A program made the position numbers and the translations under genes. 64,000 nucleotides of DNA from Octopus sinensis (lineage: Eukaryota): NCBI RefSeq assembly GCF_006345805.1, contig NC_043005.1, positions 79,236,001 through 79,300,000 of the forward strand. Direction: 5' to 3'. The notes beneath the pieces were generated by a model, which worked only from the letters and a program-made list of their open reading frames with translations, had not been told where the DNA came from and did no database searches. Of the stretch, positions 52,508-64,000 are shown piece after piece (the first letter of the stretch is position 1; each line of letters opens with the position of its first letter).

Positions 52508-52516
52508 CATAGATAT
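52255..52516. repeat. (GATA)n array at the 3' end of the Tx1-like LINE
   Basis: Directly visible. Confidence 0.95.
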
Positions 52517-53531
52517 GTTTCTTTATTAGCCACACAGGGCTGCACACAGATAGAACAAATTACAAGGTAGAGCTTTTCTTTTGAAGGTTTAAAAAAAAAA
52601 AAAAAAAAAAAAGGGGGAAAGGGGAGTTTCGATCAAAAGGGATCGTAAAAGGAGAGAAAGAGGACAAAAAAAGGGGGGGGGTTAAAAAAAAACGGGGGAG
52701 AGGAAAAAAAATTGATCAATAGGGATCGTTATCACAGAAATGTCAATATGAAGTGTAAAGGGGAGGACAGTGAGGTTACCCGTGGAAGAAAGAAAAGCCT
52801 ACGAAAAGACCACGGTAACCTCGGTCAATGAAGTCACATTTTATATTCTTTTTTTTTTTTTTTTTTGCAAAAAGCAACTCTCTGTTTTCGATTCTGGGTT
52901 CATAGGACTATGCTCAAGGTTGATGTCATTCATACGTGCCCATTCTTGCTACATTCACCCATCTTTTTTTAAAACATTTCGCTAGACAAAACTTGCCTCT
53001 CTACTCTCACTTTCCTTTCAAGTGGACTTGAAGAAGTTGATGAGAGATGACACAGAGGAGAAAGTTGTTTGTCTCCAATCCTTTCAGACGCGTCCACCAG
53101 ATACATTCTTTCGCCATAGCCACAAGGATGATGAAAATTAGCTCTTCTTCCCGTGAAGAAGGAGGCGTGACAATATTGACGATTGACTCAGCTGATAAAC
53201 CGACTCGTCCCACACGTGACAGCAGTTGTTCGACATAAGCCCACAGGTCGGAAATTGTTGGACATCTGAACGAGTGCGTGCAGAACGGTTTCGTCGCTCT
53301 GACCGCATATCGGGCAGGTCGGCCCCCGTGTTTCTCGAGCCGTGTCTGTAGAGCTTATCCGAACGGGTAGCGCTTCTCGGTAGCACTGCCAGGCCAGGGA
53401 TCTCTGGAAGTTGTCCATGGGCCCTGGCCCGAAAGTCGTCCCCGAACAGGCGGGTCAGGTACTCCTCGTCGGACGTCCAGGTTCGCCCGAGCTCGTCGTC
53501 GTAACTCCCCTCCAACTAAACCCTATACCCG
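52517..53531 (-). mobile_element. L1/Tx1-like LINE 3' fragment with complete 3'UTR, flanked by (GATA)n on both sides
   Basis: MDNFQRSLAWQCYREALPVR..TCPICGQSDETVLHALVQ; ILVAMAKECIWWTRLKG; ends ...GCCCTGTGTGGCTAATAAAGAAAC. Confidence 0.92.
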
Positions 53532-53567
53532 ATAGATACATAGATAGATAGATAGATAGATAGATAC

Positions 53568-53631
<64 letters not shown>
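53532..53631. repeat. (GATA)n array at the 5' junction of the LINE
   Basis: Directly visible. Confidence 0.95.
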
Positions 53632-53633
<2 letters not shown>

Positions 53634-54121
53634 TGGTGGATTCACTGACAAATAGACAAACATTGAAATATACTTAGGTATATATACACACATACTCATA
53701 TATATTAAAGAGATGAAGTACATAGAGATGCGATACATAGATGTATAGAAACAGTGTTAAATGCATATAACCAAACATATGCATATAGATGATGGATGTG
53801 TGCCTTTGTGTGTGAGTGTGTGTCAGTGTGTGTGTGTGTATTTGTGTGTGTGAGTGTGGGGTTACTTGTGTGTTTGTGTCTACACATCTACATGTACTTT
53901 TGTATTATTTTTTTCTGTTTGTGTTTTCTTAAGAGTATCCTCTCATTATTCACTTCATTAAGTTATATGAAGACGATGATTATTTCTTGCATTTGTTGTT
54001 ATTTCTTCATTAAGTCGAACAGAATGAGAGAGAGATTTTAGACCGAGTGAGAAAGATTGTTAGAGAAAGAAAGAGTTTGAGAGAGAACGAGAAAAGGATA
54101 AAGAAAGCGTAGGGAAGGGAA

Positions 54122-54295
54122 AGAGAGCAAGGGAAGCAAGGAGAGCATGAGGAGAGAGAGATACCGCAAGGGGAGCGAGAGAGGAGAAAGAGACAGCAAG
54201 GAGAGCGAGAGGGGAGAGAGAGACAGCAAGGGGAGCATGAGGGGAGAGATAGCAAGGACAGCGAGAAGAGAAAGAGAGAGCAAAGAGAGCGGGAG
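54122..54295. repeat. Degenerate ~30-bp GA-rich minisatellite (about 6 units, core CAGCAAGG(A/G)GAGC)
   Basis: Recurring gagacagcaaggagagcgagagg-type units. Confidence 0.7.
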
Positions 54296-54511
54296 TGGTG
54301 AGAGAGAAAATGAGAGAAGGGGAGTGAGTGAGAGAAACAGAGAGAGAGAGAGAAGAAGAGAGTGAGAGAAGAAGAATGAGGGAGAAAGAAAGAGATTGAA
54401 AATGAGAGCAAGTGAAGGAGAGAGAAGGAAAGTAAGAGAGTTAGACAAACTGGAAGACGGAGAAAGAAAAGGGCTAGAAATAATAATCGCTGAACTGTTC
54501 GATTATACAGA

Positions 54512-54801
54512 TGCTGTCGTTACGTTCTGAGTTCAAATTCCGCCGAGGTCGATTTTGCCATTCATCCTTTCGGGGTCGATAAATTAAATACCACTTACGC
54601 ACTGGGGTCGATGTAACCGACTTAATCTCTTAGTCCTTGTTTGTCCCCTCCATATTTAGCCCCTTGTGGGCAATAAAGAAATAAGAAATATTAGCACGTC
54701 GGGTGAAATGCTTAGCGGTGTTTCGTCTGCCACTACGTTCTGAGTTCAAATTCCGCCGAGGTCAACTTTGCCTTTCGAGGTCGATAAATTAAGTACCAGT
54801 T
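54512..54801 (+). mobile_element. Two tandem partial SINE B-type units (junction at 54683/54684)
   Basis: Tail CAATAAAGAAATA joined to AGAAATATTAGCACG, i.e. re-entry inside the tRNA head. Confidence 0.88.
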
Positions 54802-54820
54802 GCGTGTGTGTGTGTTTGAC

Positions 54821-54865
54821 AAGTTAGACATGGCCTGGACCAATCTTTGGTCGAAACATATCTAA

Positions 54866-54867
<2 letters not shown>
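54821..54867 (+). mobile_element. 47-bp extreme 3' end of the CR1-like LINE
   Basis: AAGTTAGACATGGCCTGGACCAATCTTTGGTCGAAACATATCTAAGT is the exact reverse complement of 39524-39570. Confidence 0.9.
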
Positions 54868-54896
<29 letters not shown>

Positions 54897-54898
<2 letters not shown>

Positions 54899-55320
54899 CG
54901 CAGCAATGGCTGTGTAATAAGTAGCTAGCTTACAAACCACATGGTTTCGAGTACAGTGACACCGCGTGGCATCTTGGGCAAGTCTTTTTCTACTATACCC
55001 TCGGTCCCAACAAATCTTTGTGAGTGAATTTGGTAGACAGAAACTGAAAGAAGCCTGTCGTATATATACATGTATATGTGTGTGTGTGAGTGTGTGTATG
55101 TGTGTCTATGTGTGTGTATGACTATGTTTGTGTGACTGTACTTGTGTTCCCCCACCATCGCTTGACAACCGATGCTGGAGTGTTTACGTTCCCGTAACTA
55201 AGCGGTTCGGCAAAAGTGACATATGCAGTAAGTACTAGACTTACATATAATTTATTCGGCTAAAGGCGGTGCTCCAGGTGACCGCAGTCAAGTTACTGAA
55301 ACAAATAAATGAATAAAAGA
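54897..55320 (+). mobile_element. SINE family A, near full length, diverged
   Basis: Head, core, linker and 3' domain are all recognisable. Confidence 0.88.
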
Positions 55321-55325
55321 ATATA

Positions 55326-55370
<45 letters not shown>

Positions 55371-55961
55371 ATATATAATATTATATATATATATATTTTC
55401 TTTTCTTGTTTTTGGGATGAACAACAGATGCTTGGATTATTGATATAAGATATTATATTCTTCGGCTGACAAAGTGATAGGGATGCAACTGTCATTTCTA
55501 GCAGAGCAAATAACCTGCATCAGGTTCCTCTTTGATTATTCTGCACGTCTTTTACTAAAGCCTTTTCTCAAAGGACGACTTTAAAGAAACGAAAACAACA
55601 GCAACAAAAAACATTCACCTTCCTACGAGGCTTTCATTTATAACCCTTGCTCCAGAACGAACCTCACACCGCACTTCATAAATATGTAACAACAATGCTT
55701 TACTCTCCAGATATTATTTCTATTAGTTCTTCATTTTCTCCACCATTACTAAAACATTTCGTCTTTTTACCATAGTTTACATTCAGTGCCATTGCTTCTT
55801 AAAGAACATAAAAGAAAAATGAACGGCATTATATATTGTCAAATGCCAAACGTTAAATATCCTCTCGAGTTCATTAATGTCCGAAACGTAACTCTATGGA
55901 CTGATACGCACACATATATTCGCGCATACACAAACACAGAATACACATATATTCTGTACGT

Positions 55962-56016
<55 letters not shown>

Positions 56017-57075
56017 TTGTATGTATAGGTACACACACACATACACACACATAAACACACATAAACATATATAGGCAAAGTGAATACCTATTATATATAC
56101 ACACTGATATGTGTACGTATAAATCTGTATCTATTTGTGTATTTATATATATAAAGGCATATACATATGTATATACACAAACACAACACAACACACACGA
56201 TATATATATATACATATATAGATATATATCTATATACATACATATCCATAGATCCATATATACATACATACATATATATTATATATATATATAATATATA
56301 TATATATTAGGTATAAATATATATATATACAGACATGCATAATACTGCTCATAAACATAGGCGGATATATATGCAATACAGGTTTCTATTATGTGTGGGT
56401 GATATATATATATATATACATGCGTGTCTCATTCTATGTCTCTTTCTATGTGCGTATATGTGCGTCTGTGTAGGTGTTGAAGTATGTGCGTATGGGTGTA
56501 AATAAAACACACAGAAAACACAATTGAATTTATACAATGTTCCCATTGATATGCATACATTATTGATTAACTGAAAGATATTTCTGCTAAAATGTGCTAT
56601 GTCCTTTTATAGTCCATGTATATAAAGTACATATTTTCCTGTATTTTGACTTTCGTTTCGTGGATGTATATATACATGTGCATTCCTTTATCTGGTACAT
56701 TTATGTCTAGAGTAGAAAACAAGCGAACAGAAAACATGATTGCAACAAATTGCAGCTCTAAGCTAGTCTTGCGGCATTTTTCCTGCTTTGAAAGCTCTGT
56801 TACTCTTGAGTGTTTCTTAAGTGCTTGCTGTTGTTGTCTAGATACGTGCTAATTTTGTGGAGACACTCATACACAAAAGGATTTTTTTGTGTGCTATCAC
56901 TGTTCTAGAGAAATAGAAAAGTAGCTAAAGGTGCTGTAAGACGTTTACGTTAACTTAATATTTCCACAAAAGCAGCGAGAGCGAGCGAGCGAGGGAAAAA
57001 GAGACCGACATTTATGTATGTGTCCGTGTCTGTTGTCGTATATATATATACTATATATATATATATAATATATAG

Positions 57076-57120
<45 letters not shown>

Positions 57121-58034
57121 TATATTTATATATATAATATATATATAGATATACATATATATACTTAGATATATATATATTATATATATTATATATATAT
57201 ATATATACTTATATCTATATATATGATATATATATATATACATATACAATAACATACATACATACATCCATCATACATACAATACATACATTATATATAT
57301 TTATATGTATATATATATATATATATATATTATGGGGGTGTAAGTGTGTGTGTGTATGTATGTATATATATGTAAATATTTATGAATGAATGTATATCAA
57401 ATATGTGTATATATATATATATATTCTAATATAGATATATTATATATCGTTATACATGGAGAAGGAGACTAGCAAGTGAGGAGATGAGAGATGGGTTAAG
57501 AGAAAGACAAAGTGAGACATATAGATAGACACACACACACATACACACACACACACATAGACGCATACGCACACACACACCGACACACGGAATACGGGAG
57601 TGAAAGAAACTCTGAGATAACAAAAGGAAAAGTAACAATAACAAAAACAATACAAAAATAAAATCCATATCTAAATTGACTGGGGACAATTTTCATACAC
57701 AATTAGGAATGGAGTTTGTTTCATCTTCCATTTTTCTTTGAGGTTTCATTTTTCAATAACATCTTTTCTTTATCTGGAGAAGAAAACGACTTGTCTAGTA
57801 TTTAGTGAAATTATTATATGCTGTCATTATAGGCAATCTAACATAGAAAATTGCTCCAACCTCAGTAGTGGCTTTAATTATCCCTGTGAACTGTGTCCAT
57901 CCATATTTTATATGCTCAAACATCTTTGTCAACAGCCTTTCTTCGTATTAATATTCTTCAATCTTTCTCTCCTTTCCGTTATTTCCTCTACAAACTCGAA
58001 TCCAAATCTCTAAACTTCCTAATTTTCTAGCATC

Positions 58035-58596
58035 ACTTTCTTCTTCTTTTTCTTCTTGGTCTTCTTCTTCTTGGTCTTCTTCTTCTTCTTCTTCTTCTTC
58101 TTCTTCTTCTTCTTCTTCTTCTTCTTCTTCTTCTTTTTTTCTTCTTGGTCTTCTTCTTCTTGCTTCTTCTTCTTCTTCTTCTTCTTCTTCTTCTTCTTCT
58201 ACGTCATCATTAGTATCATCGTCGTCGTCGTCATCATCATCATCATCATCATCGTCGTCGTCGTCATCATCATCATCTTGTTTTCTTCATCGTCATCGAC
58301 AACGTCGTCATTGTTAACATCATCATCGTCATCACCATCATCATCACCGTCATGAACATCGTCATCATCATCATCATCATCATCATATTCTTCTTCTTCT
58401 TCTTCTTCTTCTTCTTCTTCTTCTTCTTCTCTCTTCTTCTTCTTCTTCTTCTTCTTCTCCTCCTCCTCTCTCTACTCTTCCTTTCTCTTATTTCTTATTA
58501 CTTATTTGTTGTCTTTTGTCTCCTAAACAACAGATCCTCTCAGTTTTCCAAACTACGTTCTATTTTTATTATTTTATATTATTATTATTATTATTA

Positions 58597-58647
<51 letters not shown>
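58035..58647. repeat. Compound (TTC)n/(ATC)n/(GTC)n/(TTA)n trinucleotide arrays
   Basis: Directly visible. Confidence 0.95.
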
Positions 58648-59283
58648 CAACATTCGTTGCGGCTAAGTTGTTCTTGTGGCTCTTAACGCTGTTCCTGTTG
58701 TTGTTAACAACTTCTCTGCCCGTCCCCCAATATTTCTTCCCTTCTCTTCTTCCTCGTCCTAATTACTTTCTGTTTGTTTCTTCCTATTCTGTTTGCTTCT
58801 TCTTCATCTTCTTTTTTCTTTTCCTTTCTTTTCCTTTTTTTTTCTTCTTTACCCCGTATCCGTATCTATTTAATGCCGCGTAATTTTTTATGCACTTTCT
58901 GACTTCCTGCCTGGTTTTGATTTTTGTTTTGTGAAAAAGAGCGAATTGTATTTTGTGGTAAGCAATAGGTTATAAAAGAAAGGAAGGCCAGCTAGAGCTG
59001 CCATAAAAATCATGAAAAAAAAAGTAAAAAACATTAAAAAATTATATATATACAAAACGAAAAACAAATGAAAAAACAAAGGCATATTTTCGAAAGACAG
59101 AAAAAGAGAAAAAAAAAAAAGCAAAAAGCAAAGGGATATGTGTACCTTGTGTTTGTGTGTTTGTGTGTTATACAAGTACATATGCATGTGAATATACATA
59201 CGTACATTTGTACGTGTGTATGCAATTGTTTAATATATAAACGATCGTTTAGAGATTTATGATTTTTTTTACGCACGTGCACG

Positions 59284-59322
<39 letters not shown>

Positions 59323-59487
59323 ACATACATATATACACACGTAGACATGCATAAATACATACATATAAAAGTGTGTGTGTGTAAGTATTGCATGTTTGTG
59401 ATTGTCTGAGTGTGTATACATATATTATGTATACGTACATTACATATCACTTTTAAATACACATAATTGCCGAAAATGCACACATAC

Positions 59488-59529
<42 letters not shown>

Positions 59530-60262
59530 TATTAAGTTAGAGAGAGAGAAAGAGTGTGTTTGTAAGGGATATATATGTGCATATAAATATACATACATAT
59601 GTATCCTTTTACTCTTTCTCTCTATATATTTCATTATGTCTATGTATTTTCTTGTGTGTTTATACATATATACGTATATACATACACGTATACACATATG
59701 CATATGCGTGTGTAGGTGTGTGTGCGTGCGTGTGTGTAAGTATATGTGTTCTCCGACGGGTTACCGCATAAATTCAATCTACCAATTTCACTCAGTAGAC
59801 ATTGGAAATTCAGGGCTATCCCAGAGAGAGCGAGAGATCGAGCTGTGGGACTATTCCTGAGAATACATTGTTCAGAAGTACATTTACAGCTTAACCACAT
59901 AGCTATATCGCGCATGCCTGGGTATTCTACCTACGATTATCTGTTATTTACATCTCTCAAAAACCGCACTGTCTAAAATACCCATCATTTCCTATAACAA
60001 TATGCTGTGATTTCAGTGATATTTGGGAGGCTTTATAAGTACGACGTGAAACAGTATGAAGGCCTTTCCGTAGTCTCGCATCTTACACATTTATAAAAGA
60101 AGTTGTGACCTATTCTAAGTGCTTTCCTATATTTCCTCACAGTTTTCTAACGTCTAAGTTGATTTCAAACACTTTAGTGTAGCTGTGTGTATAAACTCAG
60201 ACTAAACTATTGCCTGATTTGATCATTGATGAAATAGAGTCTGGACGTTCTTTTCTGCGTAC

Positions 60263-60393
60263 GCCTTTCATCCTTTCAGGGTCGATTAAATAAGAACGAG
60301 TTAATCACTGGGGTTGATGTAATCGATTTAATCTCCTTGTCTGTCCTTGTTTGTCCCCTCTGTGTTTAGCCCCCTGTGGGCAATAAAGAAATA
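60263..60393 (+). mobile_element. SINE B 3' portion
   Basis: GCCTTTCATCCTTTCAGGGTCGAT...TAGCCCCCTGTGGGCAATAAAGAAATA. Confidence 0.88.
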
Positions 60394-60525
60394 AATATGG
60401 TCAGCTCTCTTTATATTGTTAAACAATAATGACCGATATTTCTTGTGATAGACTTATCAATAATGCGTCCTTTTACTTGTTTCTATGGTTTGTCTTCGAA
60501 CGAACGCAAAATATATATGTATGTA

Positions 60526-61025
60526 CAGTAATCCCTGGCCACATAGTGGTTCACCTATCGCGGTTTATCATTTACGTCGATTGCTCACTGGTGTTGTTTT
60601 GAATCTCTCTGTATATAAACGGTAAAATGTCTGTCTCTGTGTGCATCCTTTATACAAATCCACAATTTTTCAGTTAGAGGGCTCGCACTTTCTATGGTCA
60701 TTCAAAACCGTCCAAGCGTGGTCGTGCACATCTTCACATTTGCCAAGTCACCCCGCAAAGCCATTAGAAAATCAATAGAAGTTAGTTTTTTGTGAATTGT
60801 CTATCCAAAACCCAATAAATTGCCCGAAACTTAATACGCCAATTGAATGCCAGCTAGCTGTATGTGATTGGCCGGAGATTTGGACAGTACTCGCGTGTAT
60901 GTGTTGCACGCACGCAACTGTATATGTATGCACTAGCGCTATGACCCGGTGTTGTCAGGACATAATGCTAGTTTATAATAAAATAAATTTGGAAAGTAAC
61001 ACCCGCGATAATTGACGGATTGCTG
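60526..61025. mobile_element. Tigger/pogo-like MITE with TA target duplication, carrying a nested Helitron
   Basis: TA|CAGTAATCCCT... left end and ...CCGCGATAATTGACGGATTGCTG|TA right end. Confidence 0.7.
60604..60971 (+). mobile_element. Non-autonomous Helitron (family H2)
   Basis: A|TCTCTCTGTATATAAACGG start like H1, unrelated interior, CCCGG-TGTTG-TCAGG hairpin then CTAG|T. Confidence 0.8.
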
Positions 61026-61032
61026 TATGTTT

Positions 61033-61139
61033 GTCATGGCTCAATTTTATTTCAAGATTTCTTGACAATAGTGAAAGAGCCGATTTCGAACCTAGATCCA
61101 AGACTCCTTCACTGGAATTTCAACATCAACAAAGAGGGT
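61033..61139 (-). mobile_element. ~105-bp (TATG)n-associated mini-element, second copy
   Basis: Homologous to 47574-47678. Confidence 0.7.
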
Positions 61140-61284
61140 ATGTATGTATGTATGTATGTATGTATGTATGTATGTATGTATGTATGTATGTATGTATGTA
61201 TGTATGTATATATGCATGCATGTATGTATGCATGCATGCATGCATGCATGCATGTATGTATGTATGAATGTATGTATGTATGTA

Positions 61285-61412
61285 ATCAATCCAAACATGA
61301 ACAAGCAAGAAAAAACAACGCGAGGACGTGGAATAAGTCCCGTGTTATTGGACACTCAGGGAAGGAAACAAAGGGGTTTTCACGTTTCGAGCGGAGTTCT
61401 TCGTCGGAAATA
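61285..61412 (-). mobile_element. Penelope-like terminal fragment with an inactivated minimal hammerhead (61377-61410)
   Basis: Homologous to 34142-34271; TTT-CCGACGA-A-GAAC-TCC-GCTC-GAAA-CG-TG. Confidence 0.6.
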
Positions 61413-61473
61413 CAGACATATATGTATGTACGTACGTATGTTTGAATGCATACATGTATACATACATACATAC

Positions 61474-61532
<59 letters not shown>

Positions 61533-61631
61533 GGGTGAATACTTGATAATTGTAAGCACCTGTATATACCATTTAGTGGTGTAGGTGGTAGAGTATATTA
61601 ATCAAAATACAAACATGATGCCAAGGATTCA

Positions 61632-61709
61632 GCGGTACATATGTTTCGGGCCTTTATTAGACGGATTTATAACAATGCATAATGTGTGTCTATGGCCTTC
61701 TTCAGCCGC
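61632..61709 (-). ncRNA. Type I hammerhead ribozyme, GUA triplet (left arm)
   Basis: Mirror of 61872-61949; differs only at one loop II base. Confidence 0.8.
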
Positions 61710-61871
61710 GTACAATTACTACTTCAAGGACATGTGTTACATCGAGTGAAAGACGAGATGGACGCTTCGTTTTTGTGCTGGTGCCCCACTCTGTCGTACG
61801 CGACTGTAAGGATTTGCATTCCCAACGTAAATCTTATAATGTAATACATGTCCTTGAAGTAGTAATTGTAC

Positions 61872-61949
61872 GCGGCTGAAGAAGGCCATAGACACACATG
61901 ATGCATTGTTATAAATCCGTCTAATAAAGGCCCGAAACATATGTACCGC
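61872..61949 (+). ncRNA. Type I hammerhead ribozyme, GUA triplet (right arm)
   Basis: GCGG-CTGAAGA-a-GGCC-a-TAGAC(loop)GTCTA-ataaa-GGCC-c-GAAA-CATATG-TA-CCGC; palindromic stem III ACATATGT. Confidence 0.8.
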
Positions 61950-61994
61950 TGAATCCTTGGCATCATGTTTTTATTTTGATTAATATATATATAA

Positions 61995-62029
<35 letters not shown>

Positions 62030-62061
62030 GTGTGTGTGTGTGAGTGTTTGTGTCTATATAC

Positions 62062-62120
<59 letters not shown>

Positions 62121-62126
<6 letters not shown>

Positions 62127-62332
62127 TTGTGTGTCTGGGTTTGTCAACCCAACATCACTTGACAACTGATGGTGGTGTGTTTACTTCCTCATAACTTAGC
62201 GATTCGGCAAAAGGGACCGATAAAATAAGTACTAGACTTCCAAAGAATAAGTCCTGGGTGCGATTTGCTCGACTAAAGGTGGTGCTCCAGCATGACCGCA
62301 GTGAAATGGCTGAAACAAGTAAAAGAGAAAAA
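62121..62332 (+). mobile_element. SINE family A 3' domain
   Basis: AACATCACTTGACAAC...GGTGCTCCAGCATGACCGCAG...AAGTAAAAGAG. Confidence 0.88.
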
Positions 62333-62423
62333 GAAAAAAGGTAGAATTATTGACATAGAGAGAAATACACATATCAATGATCCAGCATACTTTGTTTTCT
62401 TTCTGAATTAAGACTATGTCCGG

Positions 62424-62471
62424 CAATAACTAATTCATTATATAACTTATGATATTCTCTGGAAACAGTAA

Positions 62472-62543
<72 letters not shown>

Positions 62544-62591
62544 TTACTGTTTCCAGAGTATATCTAAAGTTATATAATGAAATAGTTATTG
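62424..62591. repeat. 168-bp palindrome: 51-bp arms around a pure (TA)n core
   Basis: 62424-62474 versus 62541-62591 reverse complement, 4 mismatches. Confidence 0.95.
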
Positions 62592-63224
62592 TTTTTTTGT
62601 TTTGTTTATCCCAGGTCATTTCTTATCGAACGGCGCTATGATCAAAGCGTTGACTATATTGTATTTAAGATTACATATATAGAATTGCTATCAGAATAAA
62701 GTCTCGAATTTTTGTTGCTGTTTATTTGAGGATCATCAGAACTGAAATACAGTGCTATCATTAAAGGCATTCCAGGTATCCTCATCCTGTCTTTTATGTG
62801 AATATAATATATCTAAGACTATATCAGCGAATTCTGGTTTTCGCTTCAAAACGATACGGAATTATTCAAGAAAGTTTTGGCTGCAATTACGAACAATTTG
62901 ATCCAACCACTTTGTGATTCCCACATTATTGTTATTTACATAGATAATTCTTTTCAGTGGATATTGAACTGTAAGTAATATCGCAAGTAGCTATGAATGT
63001 GCGATATGGTATCATTGCAAGAAATCAATAGGAAAATTCTTTCGTCGAGATTCGCAGAGCAAGCGAAGGAGACATGATTGGAACGATTTTATTTTAGCGA
63101 AACGAAAAGAACAATAGACTCAACTAGTTGATTCCTGTAGAGTCAGTCGATTTGCTAGAAATAGTAAACAAATCTTCGTCGTTATTACACCTTATGATAA
63201 TTTTAGACAAATGATACATGAATG

Positions 63225-63375
63225 CGGGCGGGACTGTATGGTAAGAACTTTGCTTCTCAACTACAGGCTTCAGCGTTCAGTCCCACTCTGTGGCACCTTG
63301 GGAAAGTGTCTTCATCTATAGCCTCAGGGTGACCAAAGCCTTGTGAGTTGATTTGGTAGACGGAAACAAAGTAAT
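63225..63375 (+). mobile_element. SINE family A head/core fragment
   Basis: GTTCAGTCCCACTCTGTGGCACCTTGGGAAAGTGTCTTC...CCAAAGCCTTGTGAGTTGATTTGGTAGACGGAAAC. Confidence 0.8.
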
Positions 63376-64000
63376 CTGTCCTACACACACACATATGTCC
63401 ATATATGCGTGAATGTGTGCCTCTGCTTTTATTAAAGCTGCAAAATTCTTCGCAAACTGAAGCTTTAATAAAAACATATTACTCTTCTTCCGGTACTTAA
63501 CTTACTTTCCTACCTTGTCTTGCATTTATGTGCTTAATGGTACACGCACACACACACGCACACGCACACACACACACACGCACACGCATACACACACACA
63601 GACACCACACACACACTCATATGTTTATATAAATGTAAAATCTAAGGATCGAAGTGTAGGAAAACGTTTAGCTTCAAACAAACCATAGGAACTATAAAAA
63701 AAAAATAGCTTTCAGAGACAATAGAGGTTTAGTGAGAGGGAAGTTTCTGAGTTTTTTTCAGTTTCGAAGTATGGTAAGCTGAAAAAAAAAACTGTTTTAT
63801 ATTTCACGGTAAGCAGCCAGTGTTACCAGGTATGAGAATAAAATACGAGAGAGCGACCGGAATCTCGGAAGTGGTAAATATCCAAGCGAGGTGTATACCG
63901 CAGGTTACTCTTCAGGCTACATCCTGATCGAATCGTCCGTGTGTTGACATGTGACTCCTTACCACAATGTAAATTCCATTTAATCAAAACAGCCTTTGGC

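Larger units (their letters stand above)
61594..61987. repeat. 394-bp palindrome: 149-bp arms (3 mismatches), 96-bp spacer
   Basis: 61594-61742 is the reverse complement of 61839-61987. Confidence 0.98.

Overview
AT-rich, microsatellite-saturated eukaryotic DNA with no convincing host exon, rRNA or CRISPR array. The repeat families and the density of (TA)n/(TG)n/(TATG)n/(GATA)n/(TAA)n arrays point to a cephalopod (Octopus-like) intron or intergenic region (inference). Almost all listed ORFs are microsatellite artefacts. The real coding remnants are transposon fragments: three R4/Dong-like LINE 3' ends tied to (TAA)n, three L1/Tx1-like LINE 3' ends, two CR1-like fragments, a decayed Ty3/Gypsy gag-protease-RT and two mariner transposases. 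There are also about 20 tRNA-derived SINE copies (two head types, three tails), four non-autonomous Helitrons and a Tigger-like MITE. The most striking structure is three compact ORF-less palindromes unrelated in sequence (30803-31136, 51501-51881, 61594-61987). In each, both arms carry a type I hammerhead ribozyme motif pointing outward from a short spacer. Several solitary intact or decayed hammerheads are also present. All alignments and folds were done by eye and boundaries of decayed elements are approximate.
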